A DNA stretch of 64,000 nt from an uncultured Bordetella sp. (GTDB lineage: Bacteria; Pseudomonadota; Gammaproteobacteria; Burkholderiales; SG8-41). The notes beneath the pieces were generated by a model. It did not search any database. It saw nothing but the letters and a program-made list of their open reading frames with translations, and was not told the origin of the DNA. The position numbers and the translations under genes are program-made. This document shows positions 47,911-56,390 of the stretch, piece after piece. The stretch lies in assembly GCA_964533495.1 (NCBI GenBank), contig CAZHJU010000014.1, positions 2,421 through 66,420 of the forward strand, read 5' to 3'. Each line of letters begins with the position of its first letter. Positions within the stretch are counted from its first letter, which is position 1.

Positions 47911-48823
47911 AGCCGCCGCCCCGGCGATCGAACTGCGCGGCGTGCGCAAGCACTTCGGCGCGCTGTGCGCCGTCGACGGCATCGACCTGCGCGTCCGCGC
48001 CGGCGAGATCCTCGGCCTGATCGGCCGCAACGGCGCCGGCAAGAGCACCCTGTTCAAGCTGATGCTCGGCCTGGAGCAGCCCACCGCAGGCGAAGTCAGC
48101 GTCGCCGGCGTGCCGGTGGCGGGCCCGCGCTTCCGCGACACCCGCCGCCGCATCGGCTACCTGCCCGAGAACATCGCGCTCTACGACAACCTGAGCGGCC
48201 TCGAGACGCTGCGCTTCTTCGCGCGGCTGAAGGGCGCGCCTCTGCACCAGTGCGACACCCGGCTGGCCGAGGCCGGGCTTTCGGAGGCCGCCGGCCGGCC
48301 CGTGCGCGAATACTCCAAGGGCATGCGCCAGCGCCTCGGCATCGCGCAGGCGCTGCTCGGCTCGCCCCGGCTGCTGTTCTTCGACGAGCCCACCAACGGC
48401 CTCGATCCGCAGGCGATCCGCGACTTCTACCGCCGGATCCACGCGCTACGCGACGGCGGCGCCACCATCGTCATCAGCTCGCACATCCTCGCCGAGCTGC
48501 AGCAGCGCGTCGACCGGCTGGCCATCATCGCCGACGGCCGGCTGCGCGCCAGCGGCAGCGTCGCCGAGCTGCGCAGCCGCACCGCCATGCCCGTCGTCTT
48601 CGCGCTGGAACTCGCGCCCGGGGACATCGCCGCGACGGCGGCCAGCCTCGCCGACGTCGAAAGCCTCGGCGTCACTGCCACCGACCGCGGCCTCGACCTC
48701 GCCTGCCCGGCGGCGCAGCGCGCCACGGTGCTGGAAGCGGTGCTCCGGCTCGGCCCGCGCGTGCGCAACCTGCAGATCAACGAACCCTCGCTCGAAGACA
48801 TGTTCTTCGGCCTCGAGCGCTGA
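47891..48823 (+). CDS. nosF: ABC ATPase NosF
   Basis: GRNGAGKST Walker A, YSKGMRQRLG, FFDEPTNGLDP; follows nosD. Confidence 0.95.
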   Translation: MAASPTEAAAPAIELRGVRKHFGALCAVDGIDLRVRAGEILGLIGRNGAGKSTLFKLMLGLEQPTAGEVSVAGVPVAGPRFRDTRRRIGYLPENIALYDNLSGLETLRFFARLKGAPLHQCDTRLAEAGLSEAAGRPVREYSKGMRQRLGIAQALLGSPRLLFFDEPTNGLDPQAIRDFYRRIHALRDGGATIVISSHILAELQQRVDRLAIIADGRLRASGSVAELRSRTAMPVVFALELAPGDIAATAASLADVESLGVTATDRGLDLACPAAQRATVLEAVLRLGPRVRNLQINEPSLEDMFFGLER

Positions 48824-48827
48824 CGCC

Positions 48828-49643
48828 ATGAGCCCCATCAACCTGCGGACCATCGCCGGCAAGGAACTGCGCGACCGCATGCGCAACCACTGGGTGCTGG
48901 CCATCGCGCTGGTGTTCACCGCCTTCTCGCTGATCATCGCCTACTTCGGCGGCGCGCAGCAGGGCACCATCGGCTTCCGCTCGCTCGAATTCACCATCAC
49001 CAGCCTGGTGAGCCTGGTGATCTACCTGATCCCGCTGATCGGGCTGCTGCTCGGCTTCGACGCCATCGTCGCCGAGCGCGAGCGCGGCTCGCTCGACCTG
49101 CTGCTGACCCTGCCGCTGACGCCGCTCGACCTGCTGCTCGGCAAATATCTCGGCCTCGCCGCCGCGCTGGCGCTGTCCACGCTGCTCGGCTTCGCGCTGG
49201 TCGCGGGCCTGCTCTACATCCAGTTCGGCAACGCGGCGCTGTTCCACTTCGGCGGCTTCATGCTGAGCGCGCTGCTGCTGGGCATGGCGTTCCTCAGCAT
49301 CGCCGTGCTGATCTCGGTGATCGCGCGCGACCGCACCCGCGCCTCGGGCATGGCCGTCGCGGCATGGTTCGCCTTCGTGCTGGTGTTCGACCTGCTGCTG
49401 CTCGGCGTGATGGTCGCCAGCGATGGCCGATGGGGCGGCGGCGCGCTGGCCTACCTGCTGCTGCTCAACCCCGCCGACGTCTTCCGCATCCTCAACCTGT
49501 TCTCCGTCGAACAGGCCGCGGCCGCCTACGGCCTCACCCAACTGCTGCCCCCGGCGCTCGCCCGCGCCCCGGTGATGGGCGCGGCGATGGCGGCCTGGAT
49601 AATCCTTCCCCTGATGATCGCCAGCTGGAGATTCAAACGATGA
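48828..49643 (+). CDS. nosY: ABC permease NosY
   Basis: IAGKELRD..RNHW, YLIPLIGLLLGFDAIV.ERERGSLDLLL, LLLNPADVFRI. Confidence 0.95.
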   Translation: MSPINLRTIAGKELRDRMRNHWVLAIALVFTAFSLIIAYFGGAQQGTIGFRSLEFTITSLVSLVIYLIPLIGLLLGFDAIVAERERGSLDLLLTLPLTPLDLLLGKYLGLAAALALSTLLGFALVAGLLYIQFGNAALFHFGGFMLSALLLGMAFLSIAVLISVIARDRTRASGMAVAAWFAFVLVFDLLLLGVMVASDGRWGGGALAYLLLLNPADVFRILNLFSVEQAAAAYGLTQLLPPALARAPVMGAAMAAWIILPLMIASWRFKR

Positions 49644-50236
49644 CCGACACGACCCGCGTCAAGACTGCATGCTCCTGCGGCACCTCCCACACCCGTCCCG
49701 ACAGCACCGGGCGCCGCGCGCTGCTCCGGTTCGCCGGGCTCGCCGCGCTCGGCTTCGCCGGCGGCCTCGCTGGCTGCGACTCCGGCGGCAGCGGCCAGGC
49801 CCGCGGCCCGGCCGAGATCGGTCCGGGCTCCGCCTGCCATCTCGACGGCATGCTGCTCGCCGAGTACCCCGGCCCCAAGGGCCAGATCCTCGTCGCCGGC
49901 CTCGTCGAGCCGATGTTCTTTTGCGACACGACGGAACTCTTCAACACCGTGCTCGCCGGCGAGCAGGCGCTGCGGATCGAAGGCATCTACGTGCAGGACA
50001 TGGGGCAGGCCAAGTGGGAAGAGCCCCGCGGCCACTGGTTCGACGCGCGCCAGGGCTGGTACGTGATCGGCAGCAAGCGCCACGGCTCGATGGGCCCCAC
50101 CATCGCCAGCTTCGCGCAGGAAGCCGACGCCCGGCGCCACGCCGCCGACTACGGCGGCAAGGTGCTGAAGTACGAGCAGATCACCCGCGAGATGGTCGAC
50201 CTCAGCGGCGGCGCGCTGCACGACCAGCGGATGTAG
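49640..50236 (+). CDS. nosL: Copper chaperone NosL (Tat lipoprotein)
   Basis: GRRALL, LAGC lipobox, CHLDGMLLAEYPGPKGQI, YVQDM, GSMGP. Confidence 0.95.
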   Translation: MTDTTRVKTACSCGTSHTRPDSTGRRALLRFAGLAALGFAGGLAGCDSGGSGQARGPAEIGPGSACHLDGMLLAEYPGPKGQILVAGLVEPMFFCDTTELFNTVLAGEQALRIEGIYVQDMGQAKWEEPRGHWFDARQGWYVIGSKRHGSMGPTIASFAQEADARRHAADYGGKVLKYEQITREMVDLSGGALHDQRM

Positions 50237-50342
50237 CGCCGTCGAAGACGCGGCGCGACTGAACTAACCGCGTAATCCACCGCACCACGGCGGCGCAGGC
50301 CGGGCCATGCGGGAATCGGGACTACCGCAGTACGCCAGGCCT

Positions 50343-50783
50343 CTAAGCCTTGCGCCGCGCGGCGGCGCCCGGCCCGACACCGCCCGCCACCTCGGCCAGC
50401 GTGACGCCGTCGAGTTCGGCCATGAATTTCGCCAGCCCGCGCCTGAGCACCGCCTTCAGGCGGCAGACGTCGCCGATGCGGCAGGTGTTGCGCGCGGCAT
50501 CGAAGCATTCCACCAAGGTCATGTCTTTCTCGGTCCTGCGAACCACGTCGCCGATGGTGATCCCGGCGGCCGGCTTCATCAGCCTGAGCCCACCGCCGCG
50601 GCCACGCGTGGTCTTGAGCAGCCCGAGTTCGGCGAGCGTCATCACGATCTTGGTGAGGTGCGTGCGTGAAATGCCGTGGACCCTGGCGATTTCGCTGATG
50701 GTGGCCGGTGCGCTCCGCTCCGCCGTGGCGGCGCAGTACATCAGCACCCGCAGGCTGTAGTCCGTCCATTGCGTCAGATGCAC
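50343..50783 (-). CDS. nsrR: Rrf2-family NO-sensing repressor
   Basis: MHLTQWTDYSLRVLMY, ISEIA..HGIS..HL.K, RGRGGG; three Cys in VECF...CRIG.VCRL; GTG start. Confidence 0.85.
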   Translation of the reverse strand: MHLTQWTDYSLRVLMYCAATAERSAPATISEIARVHGISRTHLTKIVMTLAELGLLKTTRGRGGGLRLMKPAAGITIGDVVRRTEKDMTLVECFDAARNTCRIGDVCRLKAVLRRGLAKFMAELDGVTLAEVAGGVGPGAAARRKA

Positions 50784-50857
50784 GCGCCGCCTCCGTTCCT
50801 TTCACGTGCCCCGACGCCGTCCGCCCCGTCACCGGCCGGCAAGGCCGCGGAAAAAAT

Positions 50858-51070
50858 TCAGCGGGAAGTCCTGCGCAGCGGAATCACTTCCGCCTCCGGC
50901 TGCAGCGAGAACTTCACCGCGCCGGGCCAGTCGATGCGTTCGATGACACGGTTGTTGTTGGCCGCCCAGAACCGCGCGGTGTCTTCGGTCATCGGCGTGC
51001 GCACCAGGCGCCAGCGCGTCTTGCCCGAACGGTCCTTCTCCTGCACGCGCCACTTGTAGAGGGTTTCCAT
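50858..51070 (-). CDS. Small hypothetical protein (70 aa)
   Basis: METLYKWRVQEKDRSGKTRWRLVRTPMTEDTARFW...; fills the gap between nsrR and the GST gene with normal codon usage. Confidence 0.55.
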   Translation of the reverse strand: METLYKWRVQEKDRSGKTRWRLVRTPMTEDTARFWAANNNRVIERIDWPGAVKFSLQPEAEVIPLRRTSR

Positions 51071-51182
51071 GTCGATTCCCCTGTCAGGCCGGGCGGATCG
51101 CGCCCGGGACGGCCATCTTAGCCGTACCTGCCGCGCACGGCCAGCCGGGGGGATTAGAATCTCCCGCAACCACGGAGGCCCC

Positions 51183-51800
51183 ATGAAACTCTACGGCAGT
51201 CCCGGCAGCCCCTACGCGCGCAAGGTGCGCATCGTGCTCGCGGAAAAAAACATTCCGCACGACTACATCGTCGCCCGCGGCTCAGCGCCGGATTCGCCAG
51301 TGCCGGCCTTCAATCCGCTGGGCAAGATTCCGACCCTGGTCCGCGACGACGGGCGCGCGCTCTACGACTCGCCGGTGATCGTCGAATGGCTCGATGCCCT
51401 CGGCAGCGGACCGAAACTGATCCCGGAGGATTTCGAATCGCGCATCGAGGTCAGGCGCTGGGAAGCGCTGGGGGACGGCATCGCCGAGGCCACCGTCAAC
51501 ATCAACCACGAATACCGCGAGCCGGCGGAGAAGCAGCGCACCGCGGCCTGGTTCGAAAAGCAGCGTCAGAAAATCGACCGCGGCCTCGCGCTGATGGAAC
51601 GCGACCTCGGCAGCCGGGAGTTCTGCTTCGACGGCCGCTTCACGCTGGCCGACATCGCCACCGGCTACGCGCTGGGCTACCTCGATTTCGCGCTGCCGGA
51701 AGTGGAATGGCGCAAGGCGCACCCGGCGCTGGCACAACTCGCCGCGCGGCTGGCGGCGCGGCCCTCCTTCAGCAGCACCGTGCAGACGCCGAGGACCTGA
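51183..51800 (+). CDS. Glutathione S-transferase family protein
   Basis: SPYARKVRI, NPLGKIP.L, LYDSPVI.EWLD, FTLADIA. Confidence 0.93.
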   Translation: MKLYGSPGSPYARKVRIVLAEKNIPHDYIVARGSAPDSPVPAFNPLGKIPTLVRDDGRALYDSPVIVEWLDALGSGPKLIPEDFESRIEVRRWEALGDGIAEATVNINHEYREPAEKQRTAAWFEKQRQKIDRGLALMERDLGSREFCFDGRFTLADIATGYALGYLDFALPEVEWRKAHPALAQLAARLAARPSFSSTVQTPRT

Positions 51801-51806
51801 ACGGCC

Positions 51807-52448
51807 TCAGAACACCGCCGGCAGCAGCAACCCGAAGGCGCCGATCAGCAGCAGCGCCATCAGCGTGATGATGACCCCGGCGGCGCGCGGATGCGCCGCC
51901 ACCTGCGCATCGAGCCCGGTGTTCATCGCGTCGGCGCCCTTGGCCATGCGCCGCTCCGAATACCAGTCGCTGCCGCGCGCCTCCATCCGCGACAGCAGGC
52001 CCGGAAAAAACGCGAGCAGGATGCCGACGGCGATGCCCAGCGCATTGCCGGCAATCAACAGCCAGCGCGCGCTGTCGGCGAGCCACAGCGCGAGATCCGG
52101 CCGCAGCGATTCCAGGCCCAGCAGGCGGGCCGCCGCGCGGGCGTCATACTGCGTCAGCAGGCCGGAAATCGCGAACACGCCGGCGGCGATCACGAAGACT
52201 GCGATCAGGTGCCGACGGCGGCGCACCAGCGGCTGCGTGTCGCGGGGAATCTCCAGCGGCCGCGTCGCGCGCCGCATCGACACCCAACGGTTCAGCGTCC
52301 CGAAAAAACGCAGCGCCGCGGCGCTGCGGAGGATCAGGGCCGCACCCGCCGCAAGCAGCACGAGGCCGCTGATGAAAAAAAACAGCACCGCCGATTGCGC
52401 AAACCACAGGCGAAACACCGGCGTATCGAGCAGGTTCAGCACGTCCAT
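51807..52448 (-). CDS. Hypothetical membrane protein (about 4 TM, internal repeat)
   Basis: AAGGAG RBS; hydrophobic segments; RWVSMRR..RP and WYSERR..K repeated halves. Confidence 0.65.
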   Translation of the reverse strand: MDVLNLLDTPVFRLWFAQSAVLFFFISGLVLLAAGAALILRSAAALRFFGTLNRWVSMRRATRPLEIPRDTQPLVRRRRHLIAVFVIAAGVFAISGLLTQYDARAAARLLGLESLRPDLALWLADSARWLLIAGNALGIAVGILLAFFPGLLSRMEARGSDWYSERRMAKGADAMNTGLDAQVAAHPRAAGVIITLMALLLIGAFGLLLPAVF

Positions 52449-52658
52449 GGACCGCTCCTTCACAAGACCGCCGGCCAGGCCGGCAGACGGTTCCGCATCT
52501 TACCCGGCAAGCCCGCGCTGGAATTCCGCCGCGGCCGCGTTTATTCTCTGGGCATTCCACAACAACAGGCGCTGCGCGCTCCCGCGACACGTGCCACGAC
52601 GGGAACAACACCTTCAACCCCGGGCCAATCTTCGCGGCCATGACGGGGCGGTATTTCA

Positions 52659-52671
52659 TAAGTTATTGATT
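52659..52671 (-). promoter_or_regulatory. IHF consensus site AATCAATAACTTA
   Basis: Perfect consensus on the minus strand with an A-tract; shares TATTGATATTTTTAT (52673-52687) with 31351-31365. Confidence 0.7.
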
Positions 52672-52736
52672 ATATTGATATTTTTATGAATCTCGCTCTC
52701 AACCCGACGCAGGCTGCCAGCCACCGCTGACCACCG

Positions 52737-53318
52737 ATGTTCCGCCTCCGCGACAGTGAATTCCTGATGCGCCACCGTCCGGCGATCTTCGGATTGATGT
52801 GGGGCGTGATGGGCATCGCACTGCTGATGGCGGCGCTGCAGGGCCGGACCGTTCCCGGCCGCGAGGATCTGCGTCAGGCCTCGGGCATCATTGACGGGCT
52901 GCGCACCGACAGCCGCTACGTCCGCTACGGCCCCAACGTCGACATCCTCCACCTGCGGCTGCGTGGCGCGGACACTGAATACGTGATCGACAGCGGGCGC
53001 ATGAACGGCCCCGGCCCCTACTATCGCGCCAGCCGCGCGCTGCGCCGCGGCAGCCCGGTCACGCTGTGGTACGAGCCGCACCCCGATTTCGGCAACCGCC
53101 TGTGGCAGATCGACCAGCAGGGCCGCCGCCTGCTCGACTACCGCGAAACCTTCGACCACGAAACCGGCGAGCAGATGAACAGCTGGCTGTGGCTGCTCGG
53201 CTACCTCGGCGCCACCCTGGCCGTGGTGCCGTTGCTGCTGGCCTGGCACAAGCGCCTGCGGGCAGGCGAGGCGAAGAACAAGAAACCCGGCAGGGACAGA
53301 CACAACATGACTATCTGA
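52737..53318 (+). CDS. Hypothetical membrane protein (DUF3592-like: TM, beta domain, TM)
   Basis: Two hydrophobic segments flank a soluble domain with a GSPVTLWYEP pattern. Confidence 0.6.
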   Translation: MFRLRDSEFLMRHRPAIFGLMWGVMGIALLMAALQGRTVPGREDLRQASGIIDGLRTDSRYVRYGPNVDILHLRLRGADTEYVIDSGRMNGPGPYYRASRALRRGSPVTLWYEPHPDFGNRLWQIDQQGRRLLDYRETFDHETGEQMNSWLWLLGYLGATLAVVPLLLAWHKRLRAGEAKNKKPGRDRHNMTI

Positions 53319-53342
53319 TTTCTCATGGATACCTACCGCCAC

Positions 53343-53427
53343 CGTCATTCCGGGCGCGCGAAGCGCGACCCGGAATCCAGCGCCGGATGCAACAAACCAC
53401 TGGATCCCGGCATACGCCGGAATGACG
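53343..53427. repeat. REP/MITE-like palindromic element
   Basis: 11-bp terminal inverted repeat CGTCATTCCGG...CCGGAATGACG with internal CCGGAATCCAG / CTGGATCCCGG arms. Confidence 0.7.
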
Positions 53428-53456
53428 AACAAACCAACTGACAAAAAGCAACCCGC

Positions 53457-54911
53457 ATGAGCGACACCACCAACACCCTCGACATCAACGCCACCTTCCG
53501 CAGCGGCGGCCGTTCCATCGAATGGCTCGACGAAATCAACAAGGCTTCTATCGTCATGCTGGCCGAAACCGGCATCGTGCCGAAGGACGTCGCCGCGCGT
53601 ATCGCCAAAGGCATCGCGCAACTGATCGAGAACGAACGCACGGGCGCCAACAACACCACGCCGCGCACGTCGGCGGATTACCTCGACTACGAACCGCGGC
53701 TGATCGCGCTGGCCGGACCGGAAGCCTCGCGGCTGCACACCGGCCGCAGCCGGCAGGACCTGGCCTCGACCATCGCGCGGATGAACCTGCGCGACCAGTT
53801 GCTGCAGGTCACGCAGGCGGTGATCGCCGCGCGCGAAAGCCTGCTCAAACGCGCCGGGGAACATATCGAGACCATCATCCCCGCCTACACCCACGGCGTG
53901 CAGGCCCAACCGACGACGTTTGCCCACTACCTGCTCGCCTTCGAGTCTGCGCTCGCGCGCGCGACCGAGCGCCTGCAGCAAGTCTATGCACGGGTAAACA
54001 AATGTCCGCTCGGCGCGGCGGCACTGGCCACCTCCAGCTTCCCGCTCGACCGCCACCGCCTGGCGGAACTGCTGGGTTTCGACGGCCTAGTCGAAAACGC
54101 CTACGACGCCAACCACCTCGCGCCCATCGACAGCGCGCTGGAAGTCGCCGGCGCCTACAGCATCCTCATGGTCGAGACCGGCATGTTCGCGCAGGACATC
54201 CACGCCCAGTACGCCGAACCCCGGCCCTGGTTCATGCTGGCCGAAGGCAAGCTCACCGGCACCAGCAGCATCATGCCGCAGAAGCGCAACCCCGCGGCCC
54301 TCGAACAACTGCGCGCGCAATCGAGCATCACGCTGAGTGAAATGCAGACCATGACCTGGGTATCGCACAACAACCGCACGGGCATGTTCGACTACCGCAT
54401 GTACGACCCGGTGCCGGCGACGCGGCTGCTGAAGGTGCTGGAAATCCTGAAACAGGTCGCCGATGCCATCGTCGTCAACAAGGAACGCGCGCTGGAAGAG
54501 GTCAACGCCGACTACTCCACCACCACCGAGATCGCCGATGCGCTGCTGCAGAAGGCCGAAGTGCCGTTTCGCATTGGGCATCACTTCGCCAGCAAGCTGA
54601 CGGATTACGGGCGGGGCAAGGGCTTAAGGCTGCAGGAGATTCCGTTTGCGGAGGCGCAGCGGATTTATGAGGAACCGGCCAAGAGCAAGATGCCGCTGAC
54701 GGAGAAGGAATTCCGCGAGGTGATCAGTGCGGAATATATGGTATCTGAGAGGAAGGGATTGGGGGGACCACAGAGTGAAGAAACCAAACGGAAGCTTTCC
54801 GAAACCGTGACCCAAACCAAAACGAGCATTGGTTGGTTAAACGATCAGCTCAAAAAAACTAACCAAACAAAAGGAGTCATTGGCACAACGTTTAGCAAAC
54901 TGATTAAATAA
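53457..54911 (+). CDS. Argininosuccinate lyase-like protein (fumarase/aspartase superfamily; probably a paralog)
   Basis: LHTGRSRQD, PAYTHGVQAQP, PLGAAAL, SSIMPQKRNP, VPFR..HH; lacks the usual ArgH LWGGRF N-terminus. Confidence 0.85.
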   Translation: MSDTTNTLDINATFRSGGRSIEWLDEINKASIVMLAETGIVPKDVAARIAKGIAQLIENERTGANNTTPRTSADYLDYEPRLIALAGPEASRLHTGRSRQDLASTIARMNLRDQLLQVTQAVIAARESLLKRAGEHIETIIPAYTHGVQAQPTTFAHYLLAFESALARATERLQQVYARVNKCPLGAAALATSSFPLDRHRLAELLGFDGLVENAYDANHLAPIDSALEVAGAYSILMVETGMFAQDIHAQYAEPRPWFMLAEGKLTGTSSIMPQKRNPAALEQLRAQSSITLSEMQTMTWVSHNNRTGMFDYRMYDPVPATRLLKVLEILKQVADAIVVNKERALEEVNADYSTTTEIADALLQKAEVPFRIGHHFASKLTDYGRGKGLRLQEIPFAEAQRIYEEPAKSKMPLTEKEFREVISAEYMVSERKGLGGPQSEETKRKLSETVTQTKTSIGWLNDQLKKTNQTKGVIGTTFSKLIK

Positions 54912-54987
54912 ATCAACTCCGCCACCCACAGATTGCTGCGTGATCATGCAGCATTAATTGAGAGAACCGATTATCCAGTCGCTTTGA

Positions 54988-55668
54988 TTACCCCACCTTG
55001 TATTGGGCCTTACGCTGAAACATTGCCAATTGCTCAACATGGCCTTTACGTTTTGCCTTCCCAAGCCGGGAGTTTTGCTCAACATCTTCATTACCCCATT
55101 GAGACCAACCTGATCGACAAAATCTTGCAAAAAGTTCGAGATAGGGGCCAGGCGAGCACGATTCAACTATTCCGTAAATACCGTCTGGTTTACGCGAATG
55201 CTCTCTTTTTTGGGAAACCATAATGTTTGTCTGACGCCTCCCGGGCGGAAGAGTACGCATGTGCCCCCGCACACCGAACAAAACCAACTCCGTGACATTC
55301 CTAAAGTAAAAACCAACCCCGCGACCGTCGGGCCCTCCGTCTTTTCTAACCTTGTACCAAACCAAATTTGATTTGTACTTGAAGCCCCATGCACGCATAA
55401 CCTGAAGCCCTTCAGCCAATAGCGCATTAGGCACCCATAGGTACAAATGTGAATTTTCCGCAGAAACCTGCGCCACCGGAATCTCACAGATTTCTTCTAA
55501 ATCCATGGTCGGATAACGAAGCAATCTCTGATGCTCAGGCGCCATCTTTCCCGTCCGATTCTCGAACCGCCAAGGTGGATCGGCAACGATGGTTGAATAA
55601 AGTCCGGTTACCTTCGCCGCAAAATCCTGCGCGGCGGTCGGCCTGGCAATGCTAACTATTTTTGTCAT
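54988..55668 (-). CDS. MT-A70 family adenine DNA methyltransferase
   Basis: YSTIVADPPW, YPTM, LYLWVPN, WGFKYK..LVWYK, GVGFYFRNVTE..LFG.RG, HSRKPD, YLELFAR. Confidence 0.93.
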   Translation of the reverse strand: MTKIVSIARPTAAQDFAAKVTGLYSTIVADPPWRFENRTGKMAPEHQRLLRYPTMDLEEICEIPVAQVSAENSHLYLWVPNALLAEGLQVMRAWGFKYKSNLVWYKVRKDGGPDGRGVGFYFRNVTELVLFGVRGHMRTLPPGRRQTNIMVSQKREHSRKPDGIYGIVESCSPGPYLELFARFCRSGWSQWGNEDVEQNSRLGKAKRKGHVEQLAMFQRKAQYKVG

Positions 55669-56242
55669 AGAGGGAAGATTTGATTCCAAAAACCAGCAAT
55701 GGGCAACCAGCGCCACCACCGCCTTGAATTCGGGGAAGCAACTTTGACATATGAGTAGTCGAGTTGCCGTAAGACGAGCCTCGACCCAGGGAATTGAAAA
55801 TTTTCTGGAGTTCGTCCGACCGGGTGATGATCACACCAACCGACACCACACGTAAATCAAACAACAAACGAAAATTGTTTAAATCTCGATCAAAAAAAGG
55901 ATCTTTGTTATTCCACTCGATCTCCAAAGCTATCCTATTTTTAAAGCAATCAACCTCGTGCGTAGGAGAGTCAATCTGCGTCTGATCAACCACAATTCTG
56001 GTATCAAAGTTTTTTGCTACCCAACCGTACCTTGATAATTCGCCGTCGATCCATTTTGAAATCGGCGATTTATTACCACCGCCCTTGGCTATCCAGCTTT
56101 TTCTAACCCTGAAACGGGTAAGAACATCTACGATCTCGTTCAGCTCATGGGGAAAATCACGCGCCAAAATTGCACAAGCGTGTCGCCATTGATGCACCTC
56201 ATAATTTTCCCTGATGAATTGGGGGAAGACGTCAATTGCCAT
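55652..56242 (-). CDS. BglII/BstYI-family type II restriction endonuclease
   Basis: THEVDCFKNRIALEIEWNNKDPFFDRDL PD-(D/E)xK-type core; overlaps the MTase; low GC. Confidence 0.82.
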   Translation of the reverse strand: MAIDVFPQFIRENYEVHQWRHACAILARDFPHELNEIVDVLTRFRVRKSWIAKGGGNKSPISKWIDGELSRYGWVAKNFDTRIVVDQTQIDSPTHEVDCFKNRIALEIEWNNKDPFFDRDLNNFRLLFDLRVVSVGVIITRSDELQKIFNSLGRGSSYGNSTTHMSKLLPRIQGGGGAGCPLLVFGIKSSLYDKNS

Positions 56243-56322
56243 GAACTGATTCCCAAAAAGTATCCCTAAGCCAATTGCGCTCGCAGAATATACTGACAGT
56301 CATTGCAACGGCAAGAATTCTT

Positions 56323-56335
56323 TAAGTAATTGTTT
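56323..56335 (-). promoter_or_regulatory. IHF-consensus-like site AAACAATTACTTA at the right edge of the R-M cassette
   Basis: One mismatch to the consensus, in an AT-rich intergenic region. Confidence 0.55.
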
Positions 56336-56390
56336 TATAAATATTTAGCTGTCACCACCTCAATAAAAACAATCCCGCAAAAGGATATCC

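Noticed and set aside
53457-54911. Assigning the symbol argH
   Set aside because: Superfamily motifs are present, but the N-terminus and context are atypical of the housekeeping ArgH; left unnamed.
54933-55223. 96-aa plus-strand ORF after the lyase gene
   Set aside because: Overlaps the MTase antisense; no features.
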